Of a DNA stretch of 64,000 nt, positions 11,362 to 23,152 are shown piece by piece. The stretch's first letter is position 1, and every line of letters starts with the position of its first letter. The stretch is from Catajapyx aquilonaris (lineage: Eukaryota). The translations under genes were made by a program, and so were the position numbers. The stretch is taken from contig KZ538831.1 in assembly GCA_000934665.2 (NCBI GenBank), positions 1 to 64,000 of the forward strand, written 5' to 3'. Under the pieces are notes generated by a model. The model saw only the letters and a list, made by a program, of their open reading frames with translations, searched no databases and was not told the DNA's origin.

Positions 11362-11434
11362 AACATACTGCAGGTTCGACTTATTGCTTAGCCCTACTCA
11401 AGGGCTAAGCAATAAGTCGAATCTGCAGTATGTT
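11362..11434. repeat. Near-perfect hairpin, 34-bp stem and 5-nt loop
   Basis: AACATACTGCAGGTTCGACTTATTGCTTAGCCCT-ACTCA-reverse complement, one mismatch. Confidence 0.92.
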
Positions 11435-11837
11435 GACTTGTGTGTCATATAGTACGGTAAATCTGAAATATTGTGTGTATGTGGTCAGAAAAAGCCTGAC
11501 ATTGCTTTGACAGTTTGCTTGGCGAAGTGCTTACTTGTCACCAAGGAACTGGGTATATCCGTTGTAAAACGAACTGAACTTTTCAAAATATTCGTGACCA
11601 AAATGACCTGGAAGTAATATTCTTACGGTGCATGTGTGCACCCCACCCACACTGTGCATGGGCAACAGTCAAAACTGTCTACTCTCTACTTCAAACCCTC
11701 CACTCACTTTCCTACTCTCCACCATGTGTTCGTCTCAATTACGTGCTGCCCTCCTGTGGCGGCCGCTAACATTCCTCATTTCCAGACATATTATCGGTCC
11801 AATAAATCCTGCGTTACAACGACCCAAGTATCGTATA

Positions 11838-12093
11838 TGGCATTCAAAATGGGAAAATATTGTCAACAAGAAATTACATTCACAAAAAAATCATGGTGTA
11901 GAAATTTTCATGGTCAGTGGTCGTCGTTTTGCCCATATATATTTTCTAGCAGGCGTGTTCGAGTGATAGGTGATGTCAGTAGTGCGTGGTCACGATAACG
12001 TCGGAGGTACCGATAGACCATGAAAATTTCTGCACCATGATTTTTTTGTCCATGCAATTTCTTGTTGACAATATTTGCCCATTTTGAATGCCA
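11838..12093. mobile_element. MITE with ~75-bp TIRs, TA-flanked
   Basis: TA|TGGCATTCAAAATGGG.AAATATTGTCAACAAGAAATT... matches ...AATTTCTTGTTGACAATATTTGCCCATTTTGAATGCCA|TA. Confidence 0.8.
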
Positions 12094-14384
12094 TAATCAT
12101 AAGTGCACATACGAAGTTATACACTCAAAATCAGCATCCATGTACTCAATACCACACCAAACCGAATGCGTTTAAATACTCACAAGTTATAGTAGCTAGC
12201 TATCTGCCTTCCAGTAGCCAGTTAGTGTAAAAGTTGGCTCCGGGGGTGGAGATATTATAAGCGAGGCACAACTGGCGCAATAAACAGTAGGAACAGACTA
12301 TTTGCGGTTTGTAAATCAGGGTTAAGGCTGGAAAGTGGCGCGGAAATTCCAAGCGACGTAAATTTGCCGGTCTGGCGAATCGCAATATGTCGGGGGTAGT
12401 AAATGTTGCTTAGCTCTGCCGGCAGCACAGAAGCGCTTTGCGAGAGTTGTGGAAATGCTCACTCAATTATACGATCGGCTGTGCGCAGGGATTATTAAAG
12501 CGCCAAATTTCGCCGCTCAGCCTGGAGAAACCTTAATGGGACGTTAATGGGCGACGGGTATTGTTTACTACTTGGAATATGCTGGCCTCTGCATGCCCTC
12601 TCGGACTTCAGAAACATCTTACAGGTCTTGAACAATGGAGTACCTGTGTATAGTCACTTTGTATGGAGTGATGTGAATTCCAGGTATTCAACAATACTGG
12701 ATACATTGCTAGTCGGCTGATTTTTTTTTTGCGACAATACTGCAGTGTGACTAAGAATTCCTGGAATTCCCTTCATTGAATTTTCTGTAGGAGTCGTTCC
12801 TAGAACATGGAGGGGGATCAACATTCTTGACTTCACGCCAAAACCACAAGTCAGACGCATTATCAGCCAAGCAACCAAATGCTGGAAAATGTCAATGTCA
12901 ACTCGGGGCATAATTAATCACTGTTGCAGGTATTTATTTGCAGTAATATGCAGCAATTTTTTAAAAATAATGTCAAATGCATTATCCGTGCACTTATTTG
13001 TTATACAACTATGTAACTGCACATCTTGCATGTTTCCCTCTGGCGTATGAAATGTCGATATTAGGTGCGACCACGTATTACACTCACATGGAGTTGGAAT
13101 TCATTTGGCAGGGAATGGCATTTGTTAGCAGAGTTATAAATTTGAGCCGAGTTTTAGTAAAAGTTGCTGAAATTTTAATTGAATCCGAATGTGTGGTTCT
13201 AATTACTTTGATTGGAAGACAGAATTTTACATAATGAAGCTAATATTTTGTAATAAAATGCTAGTTTTGTATTTTCAAACGAATTTTCGTACAAATTCGA
13301 TGGAAAACATTGTTTGCATAATTATGGATACATATTTTACTGCACTTGTCGTAATTTATTTTGCTGTTATTACACCACGTTTTTTTCTCATTAGGATTTG
13401 TAATATTCCTTCATATAAGTTCATAAGGGTCACTCCATGTAATAACAATTATTGCATTGCATTTCGCAATATGTAATTTAATCTGATGGTACGCTTAATT
13501 GACCCTAAGTGAATGGATTCCATCTGCTCAACCATCATGCAATATTGCCCCCCCCCCCCTTGCCATCCCCTCCATCCATGTAACAAGGTGATATAGAATA
13601 ACTGATTATTCCGAAATAAGGCAGGACCTATAGACGTCTTGTGATGAGCCGAAAGTAAGAGCCCTATCATTCTATCATGGGGTTTACCCATGACGCATTT
13701 TAAGCAACAAGTGAGATGAGGGGGTCCCCTATCCAAATATGCGGGGATCCTGGTGTTTTAGTACCGGGCGCATCTCGCCACCTCTTGGTTTCATAACATC
13801 GGTCTGTACACATATTACCTTGAAAGTGTGCGCCACTTAAGTTCGAATATTGACCCGAGGTTCATCCCAGGCTTTATAGTCCCTTCCCTAGCTGCCTCCT
13901 CTTTTTTTACGCTCTTGTTGATGCAATTATGATGAAACTGGGTTCAGGAAGCCGACACCCAGCCAGGCACTTTGGCAATACCGGCAATATAATCAGAGTT
14001 TTACTATCTCTCCACGCAAGGCCCGGAAAAGTGATGGTTTCTCCAGCTATCTGTTTTACATATAAATATTAATCCCGGCGCAAGTAAGGGCGTAAAGTAC
14101 TTTTACGGCGCCATTAGAACAATGTCGCTGAGGCGCCGGAAAAGGAGGCTGAATTAATGAGGAGGTTGCTGTGTTCAAGAGTGGTTTGGATGGGGGAAGA
14201 GGAGGGCAAAAGGGGAGAGGTGGCTCGGATTTTCACCCTTTTATGGTATGACCGAAATAAAATGTTACATTTGACAGTCCACCTATTTATTATGCAAACC
14301 TGCACTCTACTGTCAACTCCATGTAACTTACCTGTCTTCAATAATAAGCTGTGAGACCGGAAGTAGTTGTTTTTACTGTAACTC

Positions 14385-14690
14385 AGGGGACTTTCACTCA
14401 TCTGTGGGGATATTTTTCCCACTTGCGGGGACGTTTACTGTCCCCACAAGAAAATTGCGGGTTTTCTTTTGCAGTAGTGGGGACAAATCCCCACTATTTA
14501 CAGTTACAAGGTTTTAGAAAAGTCCATTTTTCTCAGCCTAGGTTAGGTTAGGTTAGGTTAGGTTAGGTTAGGTTAGGTTACACTAGCTTTGAAAAGTTGT
14601 CGTGGTTGGTTAGGTTAGGTTAGGTTAGTTTACACTTGCTTTGAAAAGTTGTCATGTTCATGTCCCCACACCTCATAGGCCGCAGGGAGT
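14385..14690. mobile_element. Partial GTCCCCAC/(TTAGG)n-containing element
   Basis: Repeated GTGGGGAC/GTCCCCAC motifs, TTAGG arrays at ~14539-14580 and ~14609-14627; 14475-14670 parallels 14839-15008. Confidence 0.6.
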
Positions 14691-14696
14691 GTGTGT

Positions 14697-15027
14697 TTAT
14701 GTCTTCAATAAGGTGTGGGGACGTATGTCTGGGTTTCTACTGAAGCTGTGGGGACTAGTCCGCATTGTGGGGACATTTCTCGGTCCCCACAGTGTTTCAC
14801 ACACACTGTGTACTATTAGAGTGGGGACATGTGTAAATTAGTGGGGACATGTCCCCACTATTTTCAGTTGTACGGTTTCACAAAAGTCAATTTTTCTCAG
14901 CCTAGGTTAGTTAGTTAGTGTAGGTTAGGTTAGGTAAGGTTAGGTAAGGTAAGGTTAGGTTAGGTTAGTTTACACTCGCTTCGAAAAGTTGAATTTTCAC
15001 GTCCCCACGCCTTAGTGAAGACAAGGC
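14697..15027. mobile_element. TIR element with internal (TTAGG)n, flanked by TG repeats
   Basis: Inverted ends TGTCTTCAATAAGGTGTGGGGACGT (14700) and ACGTCCCCACGCCTTAGTGAAGACA (to 15023); TTAGG-like array ~14903-14968; (TG)n at 14689-14696 and 15028-15052. Confidence 0.7.
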
Positions 15028-18000
15028 TGTGTGTGTGTGTGTGTGTGTGTGTATGTTTGTGTAAGTGTGATATTAGGTAGTCTTTTCTGAAAATAACTAT
15101 GAGAAGGTCGTGAAATATTTCCTGCATAAAGGTTGGGCCAATGGTCGAACATGCCGAGACATGTTGGGTCATCCCCGGTTTGGCCCAGATGAGGAATAGT
15201 TGTGCCTGGAGCGATCTGGACGTAATGAAGCTGAAGAAGAATTCCCACTTGAATGATGTTGGGTTCTGGCTTGTTGGAAGTGCGTCTCATCCATTAGTAC
15301 ACCGCCTGCACACAACACCCCAGCACCAGTACTATTGTCCTTTACCGTTTGGGCTGCTGGCCGCTCGGTATGTGTGCATGCCGCCGTTGGACAGTGTGTG
15401 AAGGAATGTGCTTGCTCATATTCCATTTCTCCACTTGCAAGTTGGCTCGCGGCAGGAATTTCCACAGATCTGCGCACAGGAATTACACCCATTGCGGTAC
15501 ATGTGACCCGGTTGGTGCCCGGAATTTTTTTTCTTGTATTTTATGTAGGCAATTTCCGGTTTTTTCCCTGTACTTTGACAGCCATTTTTGGGTGTTTGCC
15601 GAATGAAAGAGGAACGGCCTTTTACCCCTTGCTGCAAGAGCCCCCCCCCCCCTTTTTATCCGGATGTTCATTTTTTCGTGACCCAGACGTTCCCCCTGGA
15701 GGTGGAATGTCTCAATTAGAAAATGCCTGTCTTATTCTCGTCAGCCCTTTATTTGGCTCTATCTGACGCGGTATAAAGAGGAAGTGCTTTCAGGCATTTC
15801 CTTTCTTGTGGCCAACTCCAGCATAGTGTGCGCCTCTACACCTGCTCCTTATATGAAGAAAAAAGGGAGAATAATTATTAGAATAATTCCCATGGGTGCT
15901 GAAACATGCNCCCCCCCCATTTGTGCAACATTTTTTATTAAAAACCTGCCGTCCAGGACGGGAATGATATGTTGTGCCTATGAAAATCCAGCTTGATATT
16001 TTGCTCATTTTTTCTGCATTTTCTCCGGGCTTAGAAGCCTATAGGGAAATCATACAGCCCAAAAGCACTTTCTGGAAAGAAAATCTGTAAAAGCATAGGC
16101 CTGTAGCTCAAGTAACTGCATAAAATGTTGTATAAACGATCAAGTGTCTCCAAAGGCATGATAAGCAAATAGATATAGCCGATAATAAGATCGTGTTTGT
16201 GGGGAATGTAATTACTGGAAATGGTGTGAGGCATCGGTATCCGCGGTATGCAGTGGGGGGTCCGGTTGGCACTAATAGTTGCAGTGGTAGTGGTGGCTAG
16301 TGTGATGTATATAGAGTATCTATCTCCCCCTGGTCCCCCGCACCAACTAAGCCTGAAACCATAGCACAACGTCCTATCTGATGCTCGGGGGAAAATAAAA
16401 GCCCGGGCTTCGATTCGGCGTAACGGCCCATTTCCGAGAACCGTTTTCAAGCTGGGATCCATTATACATTAGCCTAAACTCAAGGGATGGATCCATTAAT
16501 GTCGATTGATTTCCACGAAAATTCATCGCTCGAATAAAGTTTGCGGATACACTACGGATCGAGCCTTATCTGGCGGCCAGGATTGCTCTTTCCTCTGCCG
16601 GGCTTTCCAAAATAATACCCGTTGTTTTCCTCCCTCCCCGCAATGTCCAGCCATCGTTTATTATCGATAGCCATTTATCAGGTTTGTTTTCATTTGGTAA
16701 TGGGAAAGAGTGGAGCCAATTTTGCTGATACGCTACGCCGAAGAACCCCTTGCCTGCATGTTCAGCATACGTTTTTTTAGGAGGGGCAATTCATTGTTGA
16801 TGGTGCGTATGAACCGTACCAAGCAGGTTAGTGACAGGTCTTTTTTTTCTGACTATTGACCTAACTGGGCGATTTGTTCTGGAGGAAGGAATAAGAGGTT
16901 GGAAAGTCGAGGTCGGCGGTGAAATCGCTCGCAAGAGGGCCAAATGAATAGAAGGGGTGGCGCACAAATGCCGACAAAATGCTAACAGGAATGGACACGG
17001 CCATTAGCGTCCTTCTTTGCCAAATCGCCGGCCATTAATTTCTTGGCTCCATTAGGACTTGGCCGAGACAAGTGAGAGAAAGTGAATTATGGCAGTCTCT
17101 CTCAGAGCAGCGTGCCAGCCTTCTGGAAATTTCCCTTCGTCAAAGAATAAAGAGGAGACCAAACTCTCATAGTCCATGGACAGTATACACACAGAAGAAT
17201 GAGCATATCCTCGAGAGAGTCAACTGACCACTACTTGCCAGAACAGCTAAGGGGACATCATAATCATTTCCATGCCATGTGATTTGGTGCATTGATTTCA
17301 GGGCGGATTTGCCTTTTTATGGGATGTGCAAAAGTTCAGATATGTCTCCATGGCAAAAGTTGGCCAGCTATTACCTCACCCCGTTCATTTATTCACAAAG
17401 GCTGTGCCGTAACCAAGATTGACAGAGCCGAGTTTGGCAGGAGGTAAAAGAAAAGTTGAATGGTATAGTACTATTTAATGGCAGAAATGCGACCGAATGC
17501 ATAATGGAGTCCGGAAACGGGCGAGTTGTTTTCAGAATCGATAGAATTACCTAGGACACTGCTGTCGAGCTCCAAGAATAACAAATCGCGTCCAGGATGG
17601 ACGTCCCAGGCCTAAAAGAGAATTATGTTCCCGTGTTGTCCGCCCCAGCCTTTTCTCTCATTTCCGTAAAGATCCCCGCGATAATCCTGAAGTAAATGGG
17701 GGCTTAACAAAACAATTACATAGGGACAAAGTGGGATCCGTGTGCGGAGGAGTCACGTAGGGAAACGTGGGCTTGCAAGTCAAGCTGGCTGGATTAACGA
17801 TAGCTGGCTTCATAATCGAGCCAGCCATAAATTTCTGAAGTGGCAGTGACGTGAATGTCGGCGGACACTTTCACGAAAGAGATATTTCACATCCGCGCCC
17901 TCAGATTATCTCTCGGATTGCAACCTAACATGGCCGGCCCCTTAATTACCAAGCTTCACGCACTGCCCACCAGACCGATAATGCGCGCGCAGATTCACCT

Positions 18001-18609
18001 TCGACCTCTGGTCACGTTACTAACCTTGTACCTACCTTACTTGAACCTTAGTTGAACGAACCAAATCAAATCGGAATGTTAACAGAGAACACAGTTGAAC
18101 CAATCAGATTTTGTGACTACAATTTTTGTTGAAACATGGTTACTTTGTTAGTGTATCTTTACAGCTTTAATAGGTGGCTCAACACTAAATGTCGTTTTTT
18201 CTCGACCGATCATACTGTAGGTGTACTGTACAAAGTGTGTGAAGGATTATTGGGCTGTCACAGAGCTTAGTGGACACATTTGAAATGGTACGAAGCTAAT
18301 CTAACTGCGCGGGGTTTATACTGCACGCTGCAGTAAAGTATTGATGGAAGTTCTTAAAGCTAGGCAAATTAGATGTTCGCAGAGTACGGCGCACGTTTTC
18401 TGAGCAAATTCTCCCAGTTTGTTTGGCCCGCTGTTTGCATATTCCGTATTATTGCATTTTATTTATTTTAGGCTCAAAGTGCTGCTCGTTTTGTTGCCTA
18501 AATTACATTCCGCTTACTAATATCACAGTAGTGTTCTGAATTTAAATACGGAATGATCAGAGTCGCATATGAAACAACTTGATATCACATTTCTGTAGGG
18601 CAATGTAAT

Positions 18610-18871
18610 TTTATTTTTATATATATTTTATTTCATACCCCGTGCTCCCTTTGGCTCCCTTAGGGGGGAGGGGGTGGATTACCACCATTGGATGGGACCA
18701 GGGATAGGAAAGGAAGGAAGCGGCTGTGGCCTATTTTTATGGAAACGACCCCGGAATTGTCCTGGAAAACCACAGAAAACCATGGTCAGGGTCGCCGGCC
18801 CCGGGATTCGAACCCAGGACCTTCCGATTAGCAGGCGGGCTCCTTATCCCCTACACCAACCTGCTTCGGTG
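18610..18871 (-). mobile_element. Nin/Deu-like SINE, tail type B
   Basis: Same head and core as 3817-4102 with a shorter, different 3' part; perfect 16-bp TSD TGTAGGGCAATGTAAT (18594-18609, 18872-18887). Confidence 0.88.
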
Positions 18872-21800
18872 TGTAGGGCAATGTAATAAAATACACGTAA
18901 ATTTTAAATTGTCAATTACATCAAAATTTTACTAATCTTTCTGCATTTCCTTTTTGGTCACTTGACCTCATCTTTGCAAGCAATAAATATTCAACCAGAT
19001 CTTGTCTTTAAGAAAATGGAAACTGCCCATATAAATTTCTGCAATGAAACTGCTCTTACGTCAAGGGAAAACTTACAGAGATGGTATTTCCCAGAATTTC
19101 TTCACAAAACATCAATTCTCATGAAATCTGGCTGAGGTTTTCCAGCAAACAGGCGATCACCATGATGTCTAAGGAAAGAAGGCTACCCAGAATGGAGGGA
19201 AAAAATGAGCATATCGTGAGCCCCCATCAATTCCCCAACTCATTATTATTCATTTGGCGACGCAAGCCATTTTGCTGGCGGGCTAATTCAGTTTAGGCTC
19301 CGTTTGTGGTTTTGACAGCGTTTTTAAAACTTTGGAGATGATCTGAATGGGCGGGATGTGTGTAATCATCCGTGGCTGCTGATTTAATGCCGATTCTTTT
19401 CCTTCTCCAGATAAAACTTGATGGAAGAAAGACATTATTGCGGAGCCAGCAATCTGGCTGCTTGGCTTATAATGGAATAATTGCATGCCCTAATCTTCTC
19501 AACAAACGGAGGAAAAAAAATTGTCCTTTCACATGCAAACAGCTCTGACTAATCGTGAGTGTAATTCTTGTGCTATATGATGCCGATGTTAGGTGCTTAT
19601 AAATGACATGTAATTTTTTTTTGTTTACAGGCCGTTATGTAGCCCATTTCGGATTACAGATCGGGAACTTGATGACCTAAAATAGTTATTGTTAGTCATT
19701 TATTTAAAAACTAGTGAACCCGTTGTCAAAATCAGTATGGCAGTGACAATCAAGCAATTCTTCGCGCATAGATGGCGCATACTCCCTTCTGTACACTCCT
19801 GCCACCCTCGAGAGCTAGCTATACTCTCAGGTTGGACAAACATCCGAAGGAGAGAATAAGCCTATTAGGATAAAAATTAGAAAAGTAATGAAAAGATAAT
19901 GAACTATATTAAAACAACAACAACAACAGGACAAATTCTTTTACGAGAGTGATAAAACCAGAAAAAACATGCCTTTAAATGAAACTCTCAGGGAGTATTG
20001 AACCTGGGTGCAATTAGACGCATTCACATCGTTGACTATGGACCCCTGAATATAAGCACTTAAAGTGATTACTTAGCTCTTGGCACGATTAAACGAGAGT
20101 ACACTTTAAATATACACTAACCTGAGTGCATATTGTTTGTCGAAGTATTTGGTAGGAGAGCGATGGTAGCTTCTAAAGTTAAAGGAATACTTAGGAAAAT
20201 GTAATATGCTGTTAATGATCATTCCGGAAATGAAAACGAGGTCTTATATAGGCAGCAACAAATGAATACAAATTTAGTTAAGAGGTCCACTTTACGTATT
20301 TTAAGCCCGTCTTGATAATAATCCCCCTATTAGAGTCGAAGGTACTTGTAAAATAGATATGGAACTTTTTAGCAATATACGAGAGCGATTCAATACATGT
20401 TGGGTTCAAGTTCTCATTAAAGGTCATGTAGGCATATTTAGCTTTTGCTTCCTCTCGCATAATTTGAGCATGTGTTAAACCTCGGCGAAATAATAACTTA
20501 TAGCCGATAATTTTCAATTTCAAATATAGCAATATTAGCTGTGAGTCATAACGTGAATCATAAATCCCAGAGCGTACGCGCAAAACACTTACGTACGCCC
20601 CAATAAGCAAGCTCCAGTAAAATTCTGCAAATTGCCGAAGTGAACTTTAAAGGGCATTCGGGTGGCAGTTATTCATACGTTAAGATGGTGCTCACAAGAG
20701 GTTGGTAATAAGAAGTGAAGCGAAATTTTATTTATCTGGCTGAACCCTGAAGAAGAAAGGGAAAAAAATACGCATGACACATAATGTGCTAGTGCAGCTA
20801 TGGGCGCCATGATTTACGCCGGGGCTAAACTGCTCGACTCTCTTGACAAATACAAAATAAAACATTATGCACCAGAGTGGGAAGCTGGGAGGGGAGAATC
20901 CTACGAGTGGTCTTTTATCGTCGCCCGAATGGAATTTTCATCTGCAGAGCCGGAACAGTCTTGGGGGGCAATTTGGGAGCCACGTGATGAAACCCTTAAG
21001 TCGCACCTTCTGCATATCACTACTGTGTGTATATAGGACCCACCAGCATCCGCGCCATCTCTCTGAATGCGACTGGAAATGGCTGTGACAAGTGCCAGCC
21101 ACTTATATTTGCTCGTGAATTCTGAAGGTGGAGTGGAAAAAATGGGGGCGAATTTTTGTATTTCTGATGGAACTTACTGGCGAATGCTATGCACATACTA
21201 GGCATTATTTATGACGGCTATGTGGTACCATAGGTGTTAGATTTTTAAAAAATACCTCAGACACAGAAAAGGGCTCAGTTTGGCTTATTTGTAAAGGAGT
21301 GGTATCATATTACTTTTCATTATTGTAGTTATTATTAGAAAAGTAACTTATCACTGAACTCTTGGCTTTTATTACAATTTTCTAGTGACGTCACGCTCAG
21401 ATGTACCCCATATCAGCTTGATGTAGCCTTTAGGAGCGAACCCCTAACTTCCTCTGTGAGAATTTGTTTACCTGTAACATTTTAAGCAAGATCGATGAGA
21501 CTTTTTCTCATTCTTTCAAGTACGAGCATGTTAATCTATAACGTATAAAGATACCGAGATATCGTAACTTCGGATACGTATCGATTCCCGTATTTGCCTG
21601 GGCGATAACATCATGGCGGCCGAGGACGCGCATCGCAAACATGTCCAAAGTCAAGAATTAATTCCGCAGCCCCTGCTCCAGAGAGACAGGTAAAACCACG
21701 GGCAAATCCCTGACACCCTTGGTCAGGAATCCAGGGAAATTAATTTCGAAATCCAACGATAACCCGCCCGTAAAGCAGGCTTGTGCGGATAGTGAACCAG

Positions 21801-21953
21801 GAAAACCGGAAGTGCCAGGTCACCGAAAGGTGACCATGAAACCTATTTATGTCACACTTAATCGGAATCTCAAAACCGTTTGTCGTTCACTGAGTCGACC
21901 ACACTAGTATCCTGCTTTGTTGATTCTGAACAGTCCCTCGCAATTCCTACGAT

Positions 21954-22219
21954 ACGGTATGGTACTTAGAGAGTCTCCACCAGCCTAGAATTTGGCGCTG
22001 GCGTCGCTCACTGTCCCTAGCTGGCACCAGCGGGTTGCCAGGCGCATTCGGACTGTTGGCGGCCGAATCTGCAAAATAGGGCTGAGGGTGCTGCACTGAT
22101 GAGTAGTGTATTTATGATTTGGGTTGGTTCAGAAGGCGTCCACCCGAGTGAATCTGGCAACCCACTGAGGCCAGTGAGCGACGCCAGCGCCAGCGGAGAC
22201 TCTGTAAATACGCTACCGT
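21954..22219. mobile_element. Degenerate foldback MITE
   Basis: TTA(G/C)AGAGTCTCC, TGGCGCTGGCGTCGCTCACTG and GGGTTGCCAG each have an inverted partner at symmetric positions. Confidence 0.7.
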
Positions 22220-23005
22220 CACCATAAGGCTACGGTGAGAGTTGCGGGGGATGATTCTGAATATACCGTCATAAATACATTGTGAGTATTAGAAAATATA
22301 CACATAGAGTATTATAACCTTTTCTCAATAAAGGCACTCTCTGAAATGCAAAAAAAAAATTATAAGGTTTTGGAAGCTTTTATGCTAAATCGCGTCCGCT
22401 TAGGTAATATTTGATACCTGACACAGTAAATGAACTGCGCGGATCTGAATCAATAATATGATCGTATAATGTAATCGTGATTCAATAATTCCGATAGCAT
22501 TTTGCCTATTTTACGACAGCTCTATAGGCCTAATCGAATGGAACATCAAGTGTTCCACACAGTCTTCTTGATTAGGAAGTGCGTGTACTATTTATTGTAT
22601 TCAAGTACTCACCTCGCTTTAATTTTCTAATGTAAGTTATGCAATGCAGGCGAATACGGAAAGAAAAAAATTACTTGTTTACTCACATATTCTCATATTT
22701 TCTGTGATTAATCTTCTTATATGTAACTGTGTAAAAATTTTGGTAATTTTCATAAAAGAGCTATGGTTCAGCTAAATCTTAGTTAAAATAAGGAAGGCAT
22801 CTTGAATCACAAGTGTGGACTTGTTGGCCGACTATATATCTACAACAACTATTCGATATTGAAACGCTTTTAAAGTTCAGCATCTAAAAGCAAATCCAAA
22901 TCCAACTCATGCCTACATTTCTTTCTTCCTTTTGTAAACCAATCTTCCAATCTGACCTGGCCCAAGAAAGTGAAGACGGCATCAAGATGACCTACTTTTG
23001 CTTTC

Positions 23006-23152
23006 ATGTCAAATGAACAAAAAAAAGTCTGTGAGGTAAGTCAGCAAACTTCATTTTCGAATTACCCTATATCGTATAGTATAGTGATATAGGGTAATTC
23101 GAAAATGAAGTATGCTGACTTACCTCACAGACTTTTTTTGTTCATTTGACAT
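23006..23152. repeat. Long inverted repeat, ~67-bp arms and 12-nt spacer
   Basis: 23006-23073 versus 23086-23152, one substitution and one homopolymer indel. Confidence 0.93.

Noticed and set aside
14539..14968. True telomere or chromosome-fusion scar
   Set aside because: Arrays are short, same orientation and embedded at equivalent positions in two copies of a repeat.
20179..20650. Possible Kolobok-like element with TTAAAG...CTTTAA ends
   Set aside because: Terminal match too short and degenerate to support by eye.
22096..22130. CTGATGA as a hammerhead ribozyme core (also 48204 on the minus strand and 56693)
   Set aside because: No stem II followed by GAAA in the required arrangement.
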